Of a stretch of 64,000 nt of DNA, positions 63,390 to 64,000 are shown one piece after another. The position numbers and the translations under genes were made by a program. Location of the stretch: contig OY763927.2 of NCBI GenBank assembly GCA_963667665.2, positions 800,001 to 864,000 on the forward strand. The letters are read 5' to 3'. The stretch is from Nitrosopumilus sp. (GTDB lineage Archaea > Thermoproteota > Nitrososphaeria > Nitrososphaerales > Nitrosopumilaceae). Each line of letters starts with the position of its first letter. Position 1 is the stretch's first letter. The notes under the pieces are model-generated. The model saw only the letters and a program-made list of their open reading frames with translations. It searched no databases and was not told the DNA's origin.

Positions 63390-63755
63390 TTAACATCTTA
63401 GCCTGTCATTGTAATCCATTCCAAAAAACCTCAATATTTCAGATTCCCAACAGGAAAATATTCCAGTGATAAAAAGTACAAAAATTATAATGCCAACTAC
63501 AAAAATACAGTATGTAATTTTCCATTTTTTATCTTTCTTTTTGAAAGTTATTGGCAGAAAAGCAATACTTACAAAATAGATTAACCATAAACCGATCATT
63601 GCATAATTTTGAGTTACAACTGATAAGATTCTCTGTGGCTCTGTAAACCCCATTAGTAATGGCACTAATGTGAAAAATGCCACTCCTAGAGATAGAATGC
63701 CTACGATTATTGCATTAGTTAAAAATAAAATATTTACTTTGTATCTAGTTTTCAT
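63390..63755 (-). CDS. Three-TM hypothetical membrane protein
   Basis: MKTR start, three hydrophobic segments. Confidence 0.65.
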   Translation of the reverse strand: MKTRYKVNILFLTNAIIVGILSLGVAFFTLVPLLMGFTEPQRILSVVTQNYAMIGLWLIYFVSIAFLPITFKKKDKKWKITYCIFVVGIIIFVLFITGIFSCWESEILRFFGMDYNDRLRC

Positions 63756-63982
63756 TTATTCCCAACATTTTTTAGCGTCATTCGGTGATAGAGTTTTTTT
63801 GCAATACCAATACCCAACATTGACCATCCACCATACAAAATAATCATTGGAATAACATCATTGTAAGGTATCAAACGAACATCAATTAATCGAAAAACAA
63901 CAGAGAAAATGAATAACAAAACAGAGCCTAAAATAATTAGACATGTAGATAATGATGGTTTTTTCAAAAGTCTAGTTTTCAT
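63752..63982 (-). CDS. Two-TM hypothetical membrane protein
   Basis: MKTR start; stop overlaps the next ATG. Confidence 0.6.
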   Translation of the reverse strand: MKTRLLKKPSLSTCLIILGSVLLFIFSVVFRLIDVRLIPYNDVIPMIILYGGWSMLGIGIAKKLYHRMTLKNVGNK

Positions 63983-64000
63983 ATTCCCCTCTTACAAACG

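Overview
Archaeal DNA from a Nitrosopumilus-like ammonia-oxidising thaumarchaeote, judged from cdvA, fen, psmB, cofE, the long ThyX and [15 protein letters not shown] repeats. From ~23.6 kb to ~61.9 kb it is mostly AT-rich core genome with a tRNA-Ser(CGA); a degenerate copy of the tRNA 3' end at 25015 delimits a 3.7-kb islet. Positions 1-23.5 kb are a rearranged accessory island. It holds the end of a type IIG R-M gene, a tyrosine integrase, a Met/Asp-repeat protein, two inverted IS630 copies around a probably inverted 2.6-kb segment with three coupled paralogous small proteins, and an IS630 nested in an IS481 remnant. It also holds a visibly GC-richer block of surface proteins (SBP-Cache fusion, 1447-aa PKD-repeat protein) and a truncated QueC-like gene followed by a truncated TIR gene starting MGASGS. 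That last pair is my best candidate for an undescribed defence module, though only a remnant is present. Several 1-bp frameshifts in homopolymers and abrupt gene-fragment junctions mean assembly error cannot be excluded. All family calls are by motif recognition, without database searches.
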